NCBI RefSeq assembly: GCF_035594765.1
Contig: NC_085845.1
Location: 179,382,897-179,446,896, forward strand
DNA from: Anolis carolinensis
Lineage: Eukaryota
Length of the DNA: 64,000 nucleotides
Direction: 5' to 3'
Positions 38,950 to 62,472 of this stretch are shown here, piece by piece. The translations under genes were made by a program, and so were the position numbers. Numbering within the stretch: position 1 is the first letter of the stretch; each line of letters starts with the position of its first letter. The notes below the pieces were generated by a model, which saw nothing but the letters and a program-made list of their open reading frames with translations, was not told the DNA's origin and ran no database searches.

Positions 38950-39777
38950 AACAATTGGTCACCTTGATTAGCATTGAAAAGCTTTGCAGCTTCAACGCTT
39001 GGCTGTTTCCTGCTTGGGGGAATCCTTTGTTGGGAGGTGTTAGCTGACCCTGATTGTTTCACGTCTGGAATTCCTCTGTTTTCTGAGTGTTGTTTTTTAT
39101 TTCCTGTCCTGATTTTAGAATTTTTTAAATACTAGTGGCCAGATTTTGTTCATTTTCATGGTTTCCTTCTTTGTATTGAAATTGTCCACATGCTTGTGGA
39201 TTTCAATGGCTTCTCTGTGTAGTCTGACATGGTGGTTGTTAGAGTAGTTCAGCATTTCTGTGTTCTCAAATAATATGCTTTGTCCAGGCTAGTTCAAGTG
39301 CTCTGCTATGTCAGTCATGTTCCTTGGTTCGTGTCTGGACATTGCTGCTGCGTTTCGTGGTCCCTTTATAGATTTGTCCACAGCTGCATGGTATAAGGAA
39401 GACTCCTGAAGAAGTGAGAGGATCCCTCTTGTCCTTTGCTGAATTAAGAAAACATAGGAATTCCAGACAGGAATCAATCAGGACCAGCTAACACCTCCCA
39501 ACAAAGGATTCCCCCATGCAGTAAGCAGCCAGACTTTGAAGCTGAAAGGCTATTCAATACTAATCAAGGTGGCGAATTGCAACATTCACACTTGCCTCAA
39601 GCAGACAAGAGTTCTTTCTCTCACTGTGAACATTCCATAGATATATAAACCTCACTTGACTAGTTTCTAACATAGCTCATTACTTCTGAGAATGCCTGCC
39701 ATAGATGCAGGCGAAACGTCCGGAAAGAATGTTTCTGGAACATGGCCATACAGCCCGGAAAACTCACAACAACTCAG
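38950..39777. mobile_element. Inverted Penelope fragments
   Basis: Minus-strand GIY-YIG/pLTR portion at about 38950-39400, then a plus-strand pLTR at about 39455-39777. Confidence 0.8.
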
Positions 39778-40109
39778 GGTCTGAGGCTGTTAAGAATTGT
39801 GGGATTTGAAGTCCACAATTTGACTAGTTTCCAACATACCTCACAATCTCTGAAGATTCCTGCCATAGATGCCCTCCAAATTATCTGGAAGGAGGGCCCA
39901 AGTTTGCCCATGCCTGGTATAAGATATACCAACACATACTACTAAAAATACTTCACTCGCACCTATATGGGAGCTTGCTCATTACTTCAACGTTGTAGGT
40001 TAAAACGCTTAGGCAAGGAGTCTCTCAAGTTCAAACTAAGACACGAGACTATGTGAGTCTATTTTTCCAATCTCTATGGTACTCTATGGCTCACGGAATC
40101 GATGAAGCT

Positions 40110-40261
40110 GAACGTCCGGACGGCCTCCCACGTGACTGAGTGGCGCTTTCTGCGCTCGCAATAGGTCCCTTCCTTGGCCAATGGGAATCGTCCTCCCTTG
40201 TCCTGTTTCTCCATTCTTTATTAGAGCAGCCTTTCTCCCCTCCAGGTGGGAATTGGAGCAG
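40110..40261 (+). promoter_or_regulatory. Probable UQCC6 promoter and non-coding first exon
   Basis: Small CpG cluster with a CACGTGAC E-box (about 40129) and CCAAT (about 40178); strong donor CAG|gtaaga at 40261/40262. Confidence 0.5.
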
Positions 40262-41023
40262 GTAAGAGGCAAAGGCTGCCTCTGCATTGTAGAGTTAATG
40301 CGAGTTGGCAGCATTTTTAACTGCCACAGGCTCAGTGCTGTGGAATTCTGGGAGTTGTAATTTTACAAGACTATTAGCCTTGGGTTGCTGTGAGTTTTCC
40401 GGGCAGTATGGCCACGTTCCAGAAGCATTCTCCCCTGATGTTTCGCCCACCTCTATGGCAGGCATCCTCAGAAGTTGTGAGGTCTGCCTGGGGGAAGCAG
40501 CCAGACTTTGAAGGTACAAGGCCATTCAATGCTAATCAAGGTGGCCAATTGCACCATTCACACTTGCCTCAAACAGACAAAAAGTTCTTTCTCTCACCCT
40601 GGACTTTCCACGGATATATAAACCCCACTTGCCTAGTTTCCAACACACCTCATAACCTCTGCCATAGATGTGGGTGAAACATCAGGAGAGAATGCTTCTG
40701 GAACAGCCCGGAAAAGTCGCAGCAACCCAGTGATTCTGGCCATGAAAGTCTTCTGCAACACTATTAGTCTTCTCTGCCACAGAATGATGGTGCCTCTCCA
40801 AATACAAATCACAGGATTCCATAACATTGGCCATAACAATGCCATCGTAAATACTGTATTAGTACTAATATTACAGTATTATTGTTATATTTGTTTATAT
40901 GCTGTTTTTTCCTCTTAATGAGACTGAACATTCCTCCTTCACCCCACTTCATCACCCCATTTCTGCATTACTGACCCTTTTCTTCTTCTCTGATTCATAT
41001 TCTAGCCCTCATCCCTTTTCACC

Positions 41024-42317
41024 ATGCCTGCAGGAGTACCTTGGCCTCGCTACTTGAAAATGCTGACTGCAAGTATGTTGGCCATGTTTGCTGGCGCGGA
41101 GGTTGTCCATCAATATTACCGCCCTGATCTTGTAAGTGGTGTTTCCCCCCATTTATTTTCGTTTTGAGATACTTGCAGTCCTCAAATTACAAACATCTGA
41201 CTTACACATGACTCATAGTTAAGACAACAGGAAGTAAGATAAATCTACCCCAAAGAAGGGAAATTTGCTCCGGAAAGCATTATGATGGGAAAGAGTTGTC
41301 TCCACTGAAGCTATATCAACAATCCTTGTTTCCACTACAAGCCCAATTTTTAAAAATCCAGTGATCATAGGGACATAAAGTGAGATGAAATCTTCTGACA
41401 GGGGCACAGACATGAAAACAAGCACCACAAGGGTGTCAACCCTTCCCTATCCAAAGCATGCATATGTGTCTGTGTGTATGTGTATGACCTGTGCAAAACT
41501 TTGGAAGTAGTTCATGAGTTGTATTAATTTTGGGAAAATTCGTATTTATGACATGACTAATGAACCTGAACTTGAGCTCCTGAAATCCAGGCAGAACTAA
41601 ACTGGGCTCTCCTGAAATTCTGGAAAAGATTAGAAGTATTTTATTAGTAACTTAGGTAACTTCTATTTTTTTTTTGACTGTTTTGCAAATGTCTATGGGA
41701 AGCACTGCTGGGGATAGGCCGAGGATTTGTGTGTTCTGCCAAAAGGGGCCAGCGGCTTTCTTGGGAAGGGCGTGGAGTCCTCCTCAGCCGCCTCCTCCTT
41801 GCTGGGAAGCAGCGAGTGAGTGAGGAAGCCCCCCTCCCGTCCTTTTTTCCTCCACCCATTGCTCAAATGAAAAGGAATTGCAGTAAGAGTATTTAAATTC
41901 CTCTTTTCTTTGAATAGTTCATATGGTTCCTCTTCCCTCCTACATTATCCTTACAACTAGGTTTGGCCTGAGGTCACCTGATGAATTTTGTGGCTCAGGC
42001 CAGATTAAAACTGGACCTCCTAAACTCAAGTAGACTTTCCTGGCTTTCACACCCTTTTCCCTCCAGGACATAACATTATTTTTTCATTGTTCAGGGGCAT
42101 AATAGGCAGGAATAGGTTTGGACTTTGGACCTGATGAACTATTCAAGGACAGCGGTTGGATGATCTTTATCCAGATGTTCATGTGACTGATGTGTCTTTT
42201 GGGGTTTATTTTATTTTACAGACAATACCTGAAGTTCCTCCCAAACCTGGAGAGCTCAGAACAGAACTCTTGGGTCTCAAAGGAAAAAAACAGCAGGTCC
42301 AACCTTCACAACAGTGA
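41024..42317 (+). CDS. UQCC6: BRAWNIN / ubiquinol-cytochrome c reductase complex assembly factor 6 (C12orf73), 67-aa microprotein
   Basis: Exons 41024-41131 (MPAGVPWPRYLKMLTASMLAMFAGAEVVHQYYRPDL) and 42222-42317 (TIPEVPPKPGELRTELLGLKGKKQQVQPSQQ*), joined by GT-AG; syntenic between TDG and HSP90B1. Confidence 0.94.
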
Positions 42318-44201
42318 CTATGATGGTGTTGCATCTCTCCACAAAATACATTATTTCTCAGTTGAATGCATACAACTAGACAATGATTTCTGGATGTCCA
42401 GAAATCATTTACCTAGAGCTATTAGCCTTAGGTACACTTCCATGCTTTAATTAAATGTGAATATATTTTCTGGATATTTTTTGTGTAAGAAATTGGCTAC
42501 AAGTGCCTTGTATTTGTGACAGCTGCTGGTATGAACATCACTCCCATTTATGTCATGGAGCCCCAAACAACTACATCCTATGGGAACTGAAATGGATGTC
42601 TGATTTGTTGCATGACAAAACAGCATACTTTTGCTGTGGTTTTCATTGGTAGCAGTTAGCTTTGAAGACAATTCATTATTTAATGTCTAACTACTGGAAG
42701 TAGTCTTGAGTTCAGTATATCTAAGATAGCCTGTCCTGCCAGCATCCCGTTTGCACAAATGCTTAAAGCTGTGCCTGCAACACATAGGAGGGGATAGGCT
42801 AGCTTAAAAACTGCCTCAGATGGCCTTTACAGGCTTTGCACTATAGCCGATACAAATACAGTACCAGTCTCTTACACCAAACATGGCATCAGCTAGCTGG
42901 TTTTTGTCAAGTTCGCAATTATGGAGAAAATAGTAGCACCCCTTCAAACCATACTAAAACCTTACTAAAAATCTGAAACCTAAGGATAAAAGTGCAGCAC
43001 TCTTGGTAACTTGGTCAAGTTTTATTTCTTCATGAACCATGGCAGCATCAAGCATGCAGATGTGAATCATTTACAGGAAAGTCTACTTCACAATTTTTTA
43101 ATTGCTGTACCCAAAGAAACCTAAATCAGAACTCAAGATTGTTTTGCTTGTGGCAGCATAAGGAATGCTGTAGAACCTATTCATTCTGGTATGTGTGAGT
43201 CTATTAAAGTTTTCCCCTTTTCCAGTAAGTGCAGGAGTCTCCCAGTTTCTTGTGAAAAATTCTTTAATAGGTTATACGACTGCTCTATAGCTATCAAATT
43301 ACTTGAATAGGAATCAGAAGCAAGGGCTTTCTAGTCATTATACATTTCAGCTAAATCTTTAGCTTGCATTAGTGCAACAGCTGTCAGCAAGACAAAATAT
43401 ATAACCTCCTTTATATATGCAGTCAAGTATGCTATGTGAAAACTTGATCAGTATGAGTGGTTTATTTCTGTTCATTTTTATAGGAGCTCAGTGTAACATA
43501 CCTTATGCTGCATGCATGGTCACCAGTAGCACTAACAGGAACATAAAGGGAAACTGATGACATTATGTCAGTATGGCTGGCTTTATTAAATGCAATATGT
43601 TTACTTATATGCAGAGTACCAGGATCCATTCAATAATTTATTAAATAAATCAGAAGTGTACTATACTCAGTCCTCTACATATTATGTTCCCTCTAGAATC
43701 TTAGTCCTCCAGTGTGATTGTGGTCAATCTCTGTCAGATGCTGACCATAGTTCTGAAGGACCCAGAGAAGTGTTTTCTGATGTAAAAAACCAGCAAATTT
43801 GCGTTAATGTTTATTTCCTGTACTCCTAACTCCAGAAAAAGTGGTGTTTATACTTGGGATTCAAGCATATACATTAACATCACCATCTTCTTTTGTAAGA
43901 ATGTTCTTTTCCACAATTCCCACTACAGAAGACAATGAACAGATTGTTTGCTTCCAAATAAATAAATACAGCTAATGGTGTGAACATTTTAATTTTGTAC
44001 ACGACAAGATTTTACACCAAGTAGTCAGTTAAATAGTACAAATTTACATTGTGAGGAATGTTTAAAAAATGCAACTTAAAAAAATTCTTTTCTGCCCATA
44101 ACCCTAAGCCTCCCCCCAACATTTTACAGTGAAAAAGAAACAAGTTTAGTTCACATTCCTGCTTCATCTGAAACACAGGATAGTAATTTCTGAAGTGCAT
44201 T

Positions 44202-54289
<10,088 letters not shown>

Positions 54290-54472
54290 GTCGCCGGTTC
54301 GAAGCTGACTCCGGACTGTCCCTGCCGCCCACGCGGCGCTGAAGTATGAGGGAACTGGGGGAACCTCCTCAGCAACACCTGAGAAGACGGAGCCACTAAT
54401 CAAAGTCAGCCCGCCCCCCCCTTCCCCGGCCGGCTTATCACTCGCACACGCCGCGAGGCGGAGGCCAAGGCA

Positions 54473-54628
54473 CCAATCGCGGCGCACCACGCCAAACGCG
54501 GAACCAATAGGAAGCCAGAAGAGGAGGGGCGGAGCTCTCTCTCCGCCAATCGGCGGTTTCCAGGTGAGGGATTCCAGCGCCAGAGCGTGGCCGGGCCCAA
54601 TTGGTTGTTACCACGGAAGGCAGCCAAT
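54473..54628. promoter_or_regulatory. HSP90B1 promoter: ER-stress response elements (CCAAT-N9-CCACG) and CCAAT boxes
   Basis: Perfect ERSEs at 54473-54491 (+), 54597-54615 (+) and 54586-54604 (-); degenerate CCAAT-N9-CCAGG at 54546; further CCAAT boxes at 54504 and 54624. Confidence 0.9.
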
Positions 54629-54742
54629 CGGGAGTAAGGGCGGGAGTAATAGGCCTTGGTTTGGTTTCCTTTTTCCCCTCCCCATTTAAATAGGCTGAAT
54701 CAAATTCTCCAAAATGTGTTCTTGGGACGAGCTTCAGGATTG

Positions 54743-55340
54743 TGTTGTTGTGAGTTTTCCGGGCTGTATGGCCATGTTCCAGAAGCATTCTCTCCTGACG
54801 TTTCGCCCACATCTATGACAGGTTTGTTGGAAATTAGAGCAGTCAGGTTTATATACCTGTGGGAGGTCCAGGGTGGGAGAAATAACTTGTCTGCTTGAGG
54901 CAAATGTAAACGTTGCAGTTGGCTACCTTGATTAGCATTGAATGGCTTGCAGTCCCAAAGTTTGTCAGCTTCCCTTTTATTCCCATTATTATATGAAAGC
55001 TAAGTTACTGCATTTATATTGAAGAACAAATGTTATAATAGCTAACATTTAGCTAACAAAGGATTCCTCCAGGCGGGAGGCAGCCAATCCTTGAAGCTGC
55101 AAGGCCATTCAATGCAAATTAAGGCGATAAATTGCAACATTCACACTTGCTTCAAAAAACAGTTCTTTTCCCATCCTGAACCTTCCACAGAAACATAAAC
55201 TTGTCTAGTTTTCAACAGACCTCACAGTCTCTGAAGATGCCTGCCATAGATGTGGGGGAACTGCCAGGAGAGAATGCTTCTGGAACATAGTCCGGAAAAC
55301 TCAGAATAACCCAGTGGTTATGAAAGCCTTTGACAACACA
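54743..55340. mobile_element. Inverted pair of Penelope pLTR fragments
   Basis: Minus copy at about 54743-54970 and plus copy at about 55045-55340. Confidence 0.8.
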
Positions 55341-55906
55341 CAGAAGATGATTGCGTTTTTTAAAAATATTTTTAATGGAAGGAGATTTAGGAGTAGGGGA
55401 AAGCTAGGGGTTATTTTATTTGTTGTATTTTAGTGTTTAGTATCTATTTTAGTAGGAATTGTTTCTACAAAATCAAAAGTTCTAAATAGAAACCTGTAAG
55501 TAACTAAATTTATCTAAAAATGTTATGTGGTTTATGTTACTCATAATATTGTAGTATAGTGGTATAGTCCAATATAGTGATGTATAATACTAATATTGTG
55601 CTATGCTAATAACATAATATATTGATATAATATGATGTAATGCAATATAATACTACCAGTAATACAATACAATATTAGTTTAATATAGTAATACTAATAT
55701 ATTAAATATAATTACTGCTGATATATGATATACTGTTTTATTGCATATTTGAAGTTGTAATGTTTTTGGTTGTGAGCCGCTTTGAGTCTCTGTATGGAGA
55801 TAAAGCGGGATATAAATAATATGCTTATAATTTAGGATATATATATATATATATATATAAATATTTTGCATGTGTATCATTTGTTTTTATGCATTTTATA
55901 ATATAC

Positions 55907-58057
55907 TAGCTGTGCCCGGCCACGCGTTGCTGTGGCGAAGTCTGGTGGTATGGGAAATAAAGTATTGAGGAATTGGTGGTAGTTAAGGTAAAGGTCAAGG
56001 TTTTCCCCAGACATTAAGTCCAGTCATGTCTGACTCTGGGGGTTGGTGCTCATCTCCATTTCTAAGCCGAAGAGCCGGCGTTGTCCGTAGACTCCTCCAA
56101 GGTTACGTGGGATGACTGCATGGAGCAGTGTTACCTTCCCGCCGGAGCAGTACCTATTGATGCACTCACATTTGCATGTTTTCGAACTTCTGGGTTGGTA
56201 GAAGCTGGGGCTAACAGTGGGGGCTCTCTCCGCTCCCCCAATTCAAACCTGCGGCCTTTCGGTCCAGAAGTTCAGCAGCTCAGCGCTTTAACACGCTGCG
56301 CCATCAGGGGATATTGTTTCCTAAAGGTTGTGAATATACAATATTTCTGATTGGTTTTTTTTGTTTGTTGGAGGCAAGTATGAATGCTACAATTAGGAAA
56401 AATGATTAGGATGTAATGGCCTTGCAGCTTTAAAGCCTGGCTGTTTCCTCCCTGAGTGAATTTTTTGTTGGGAGGTGTTAGCTGGCCCTGATTGTTTCCT
56501 GTCTGGAATTCCCTTGTTTTCAGAGTGGTGTTGTTTGCGATATTTTATGTGCTTCTACTGTCTGTGGCCCTGAGAAAACAGAGGATTTTCCAGACTTTGA
56601 TGATGGGAATACTTTGTTGGGAGGTGTTAGCTGGCCCTGATTGTTTCCTGTCTGGAATTCCCTTGTTTTCAGAGTGGTGTTGTTTGCGATATTTTATGTG
56701 CTTCTACTCTCTGTGGCCCTGAGAAAACAGGATTTGCCAGACTTTGATGATGGGAATACTTTGTTGGGAGGTGTTAGCTGGCCCCGATTGTTTCCTGTGT
56801 GGAATTCCCCTGTTTGTTTACTGTCCTGGTTTTAGAGATTATATTGTTCTGCATTATTCTATCCCAGTAATTATTTCATATTAAGGAAGAATCTCACTTA
56901 TCCAACATTCGCTTATACAATGTTCTGGATTATCCAACGCAGTCTGCCTTTTCATAATCAATGTTTTTGTAGTCAGTGTTTTAAATTCATTGTGATATTT
57001 TAGTGGTAAATTTGTAAATACAGTACAGTAGAGTCTCACTTATCCAACATAAACGGGCCGGCAGAACGTTGGATAAGCGAATATGTTGGATAATGAGGAA
57101 TTAAGGATAACCCTATTAAACATCAAATTAAGTTATGATTTTACAAATTAAGCACCAAAACATCATGTTAGACAACAAATTTGTCAGAAAAAGTAGTTCA
57201 GTACACAGTAATGCTATATAGTAATTACTGTATTTATGAATTTAGCACCAAAATATCACGATATATTGAAAGCATTGACTACAAAAATGCGTTGGATAAT
57301 CCAGAACGTTGGATAAGCGAGTGTTGGATAAGTGAGACTCTACTGTAAATACTACATAGCATTACTGCGCATGGAACTACTTTTTCTGTCAAATTTGTTG
57401 TATAATATGATGTTTTGGTGCTTAATTTGTATAACGATTACCTAATTTGATGTTTAATTGGCTTTTCCTGAATCCCTTCTTATTATCCAACATATTCACT
57501 TATCCTGCCGGCCTGTTTACGTTGGATAAGTGAGACTCTACAGTATATTGATAATCTTATATTATCTGCTTAGAACTGGATTATATGAGGCCCCTTCTTC
57601 ACAGCTGTATAAAATGCACACTGAAGTGGATTATATGGTAGTGTGGAGTCAAGATAATCCAGTGCAAAGCAGATAATATAAGATTATAAATGGGTTATAT
57701 AGCTGTGTGGAAGGGCCTTGAGTCTACACTGCCATATAATCCAGTGCAAATTAGATAATCTGTGGAAGAAGCCTAAGTGAGGCCTAAATCTGCCTGTCCC
57801 CTAACTGAAACCTGGCTGTCCCTTGGCTGGTTGCTAGGCAACCAAGTGGGCAGAGATTAGCCCTCTAAACTGGCAGCAATTGGATAAAAAAAATTATTGC
57901 TCTCCCTCTAATTAGGACTTTATTTTTCTTTTCTTTTTATTGTATCAACCTTGAGGCGTGGATGATGGGTTGTGTTGTCAAATTTTGAGGTTGGGGGGCC
58001 TGTACTTTTGTTGTTTTGTGAATTGCCGTGATGCCATCACTCTTTTATATATATAGA
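55907..58057 (-). mobile_element. Non-autonomous composite Helitron
   Basis: On the minus strand: A|TCTATATATAT...gccacagcaacgcgtggc hairpin...CTAG|T with no TSD. Contains Sauria SINE, Penelope and mariner-MITE pieces. Confidence 0.82.
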
Positions 58058-58406
58058 TTTATTTATTTACTACATTTATATCCCGCCCTTCTCACCCCAA
58101 AGGGGACTCAGAGCGGCTTACAAATTAAATTTACATACAATGTTATATTATTAGCATAGTAAAATACTGGCAATAAATTACTATATTGTACTATATCAAT
58201 ATATTGTAATATTATTAGTAATATTACATATAAAATATAATATATAATTAATATTATTAAATTGTATTATTAGTATTATAATATAGTATTATAATATTAT
58301 GAATATTATATGTATATAATGTATGCTTAATATATTTTATATAATTTGTGTTATATATATATATATATATATATACAATGTGCATGTGAATTTTATATAG
58401 TTTGTG

Positions 58407-58407
<1 letters not shown>

Positions 58408-58444
<37 letters not shown>
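58408..58444. repeat. (GT)n microsatellite
   Basis: Directly visible. Confidence 0.95.
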
Positions 58445-58447
<3 letters not shown>

Positions 58448-59792
58448 TACTATATCACATTTTTTAACTTTAATTTTAACAACTTGGCATCACAGGCTAT
58501 GTTGTGTGTGTGTGTCTTATATACTGGTTATTCATATGTTATTATATATGCATGTGTATATGATAGCTCACATTTTAAACTTTATTTTAACAACCTGACA
58601 CACCCCAGATTTTGTGTCTGGTGAGAATAGATGTGAAGTAAATAAGAGGATGGCCTTTCAGCATAAAGTCTCCCTTTTATTGTGACAGAAACATCTGCAA
58701 GCCTTTGCTTAAGAATTATTTTAAATATAGTTCCCTAACCTCAGGCTTACTATTTAATTAAGACGTGGCAAAAAGGAAACTGTGTCAGGCAGATTGGCAG
58801 AGGACTAAGCCCATTTAAGAATTACTTTAAAATACAGTCTGCGAAAACAAAACTCCAGCATGCAAAACCCCACAGACTGGTTGCTTAGAGACGCCACCTG
58901 TGTTGGTGTTGTCACATCTGACGTCAGTGCTGCTTCACATGCGAACTGCCTTCTAATATTGCATGATGGCAACTGTAATCTTTGGAAGGAAGAGGCATCA
59001 GTGTTTCAGATGGTTTGGTAGGCACTCAGAAAGTAAACTAGCTGATTGAGAAATATACCTCCAAAGTCCCATTGAGTGCGAAGAGTAGGAATGCCATACT
59101 CTGCATTTATTTGGATTCAATATGGCTGGATCTACACTGCATATAATGTAGTTCAAGTTCACTTTACTATGGTCAATGCCCAGCTCATAAGAAGAGGGAC
59201 ACAGTCCCACACAAACACATCATGTCTAAGGGTCAGGAAATTTAAAACTTTAAAACTTTAAAATAAGTGTATTGCTAAGACATCAAGACAATTAAGCCAA
59301 GAATCTAAGCCACAGCCATATACAGGATTATATCAAAACCCAACACAATTAGTGGAATTGAAAGGGAGTCTGAAGGGAGGGAATTGGGGTGCTCATGTAG
59401 CCCAGGGAAGGGAAGTCTAGTCAAACAGAGGAGCAACATCCATACTATAATTAAAAGACTACACTGCATATTATGTAGTTTAAACTGCATTATATGTTCA
59501 GTGTAGACCCATATAATGTCATTCAGTGCAGTTCAAATTGTCTGGTCTATAGTACACTGATTATGTAATGAAGTCCACACTGCATTATATGTCAGCCTAG
59601 ATCTAGCTTATATTGCATAACTTTATAACACACAACGTCTAATTCCTGTGATAGGCTGCCTTGTACTATCAGAATGAATCCATTTAGGACTGTATTGACT
59701 ACCTTAATTGGAAGTAGCTCATTATCTTAAGTCATTAGGTTCTGCAAGTCACCAGTTTTTGAACATTGCTACTAGTTACATCATTATTTTTT

Positions 59793-60050
59793 TTCATGTC
59801 AGGAGCAACTTGAGTCGCTTCTGGAGTGAGAGAATTGGCCGTCTGCGAGGACGTTGCCCAGGGGACGCCCGGATGTTTTTTGATGTTTTTACCATCCTTG
59901 TGGGAGGCTTCTCTCATGTCCCCGCATGGAGCTGGAACTGATAGAGGGAGCTCATCCACGCTCTCCCCTGGTGGGATTCGAACCTGGCAGCTTTCAGGTC
60001 AGCAACCCAACTTTCAAGTCACTTAGTCCACTACGCCATCTGGGGGCTCC
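59793..60050 (-). mobile_element. tRNA-derived squamate SINE
   Basis: Reverse strand begins ggagcccccagatggcgtagtgg with a B-box-like ggttcgaatccc. Confidence 0.7.
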
Positions 60051-62472
60051 TAGTTACATCATATAGCTGCTGGAATCGATGTATCAAATTGAGGCTCTGC
60101 TATGAAGTGTATATTGTTTAAGAGACTGTTGTGCGCAATCTCTTTTAATGACTGAGAGAACACTATTAACACTTATCAATGGACTTATAACAATCCACTT
60201 GCTTTCAAACACAGGTGGTGAACCATAGTCTTAGCTTAACACCTCCAAATACAGCACATAACTGCCTGTCCTTTGAGATATAAAAGCGAGACTTTTGCAT
60301 CAGCTGTTGAAACAGGACATAAAATTTCCATTCTGCAGATGATCATTTTTAAACAACTAATTCTAATGACAATTCTCACTAGCATATAGATGAAATTAGA
60401 TTTTAAGTGAGGTCCAAATGCAAGCCTCTTTTCCAAGATTTGACCTCTTTAAATATCTTTATAAGGTAGGAAATGCTTCTTTCATTCAGAATTTTAGAGT
60501 TTTTTTCCCCTTGTGTCAGGAGTGACTTGAGAAACCACTAGAAGCAAAGTTTTAGAGTGAGGAGATCTGATAAGGGGGTGAAGTGGAAAATATAAGTAAC
60601 AATGTTGAACCGCAAAATATATGCACTAGTCCTTACTTATCATTTGATATGCTGGCATACTATTTAGTAAGTGCTATTTTAAGATGATTAGATTATTTCC
60701 TTTGATGTCCCATTTCAACTTTGCGCAACTGTGTACTAAGTACTGATATGGCTACTAAATAGCATTTGATACCTTTAAAAAACTCAACAAAACTTGGGAA
60801 TAGTTTCCTCTATCATCCACCAAGCTGCAAATTTTGTAAAGATTATACAATTATCATATTCTGTAATATATTTTTCTCAGGGTAAACAATAGCACATCTG
60901 ATTAAAAAAAGCATCAGTATTCTCTGGTATTTTAGTTTTTTCACTATACACTGCCAATTAATTGGTTTGTAGCCTTGAACTGGATACAGATAAGTCCAAT
61001 TCTCATAAGGAGATACATTACTATGTTGTTCCCAATGAAGAGCTGAAACTGCATTTTTCCTGCCTTTGTTTCCTATTGTCTTGTAACCATGATGGGATAT
61101 GACCTATATATGCTTTGATGCCCCTTTAAGTAAGCATCATAAGCAAAATGCAGACCTGTGACAGCATCACAATTCCTTTTCTGCCCTCTGTGATTGCAAA
61201 AAGCTGCATCATTTCCTGATTTAAAAGGCCTTGGGGCGTTAAAGTTAGCACAGTGTATTTTGTATCTTTTGAGCCACTTAATAATGGAAATGTCTATTTT
61301 GGTTTTTAAAAATTGCATGCTTCATCTTACTATTGCATTAATTTTGTAGTTTCCTGTATATGGAGAACTTGGTTAAATTCAGAGCGTTTAAGTATCTTCT
61401 TTATATCTCATGAATGTACATTGTTAACTTGTGTTATTTATATATCAAACATATATAATTTTTATATCCTTTCTGATTATTTTTCTACATTTCATCTTTG
61501 TACAATAGGAGTTTACATTATACAGATTTTTTTTGAGATTCACCCACACCGTAATTAATGGTGTTTGACACAAATTTAACTGCCATGGCTCAATGCTGTG
61601 CAATTTTGGGAGTTGTCATTTTACAAAAGCTGCATCTACACTGTATAATTAATGTATCTTGTTACCAGTTTAACTTCCATAGTTTATTGCTGTGGAATCC
61701 TGGGAACTGTAGTTTGTTAAGGCCCCAGCACTCTTTGGCAGAGAAGGCTAAAGATTTTTGAAAATTATAATTCCCATTATTCCATAGCATTGAACGCTGG
61801 CTGTTGAAGTGTAATATAGATGCAATCTTATATATAAAGTATTATTATAGTCTATGCAAATACCACCACTACCACCTATATAGCATCATCAATGTAATTC
61901 ACTATTTGAATTTCAACAGAAGCTTAAATATGAGATTCTCAGATTGTGAGCCATTGCACACTAACCCTGGAGAACTTTTAATTCAAATATGTTGGACTTT
62001 CCACTATATAGTCAGGATTTTTCAAACAATTTTCCCCTGTATATATTTTGTTTATGTGGAATTTATTTTATTTATTTAAAATATTTTTAACCTGCCTTTT
62101 TCCGCAAGTGGACCCAAGGTGGTTTACAACAAAATAAAACATACAGTACAAATGTTAAAACATGCTTAAAATCAAACCTTCATGACCTGTTACTGCCCCC
62201 TCATATAAACCCCTTCAATATCCAGCAATTACAACTTAAAACAAACTTGTATACATAAAATTTGGAAATACCATCTTGACTTGCAGTTAACATGAGTACA
62301 TCTATGGTGACTGAGTTTATAGTAGGAATACAGAATTTTACTTTTTGTCCACTTGCTTTACTAGTTTTGAAGCATAAATTGGATTGCAGCGCACTCTAGT
62401 GGAAGACATGTTTTCTTTCCTGTAGAAAAATATTGTGTGCATTTTTTCCCCAAATACTGTACTTAAATAAAA

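Noticed and set aside
58600-62400. TTC41 exons expected from mammalian synteny upstream of HSP90B1
   Set aside because: No convincing exon or peptide match recognised by eye; would need tBLASTn.
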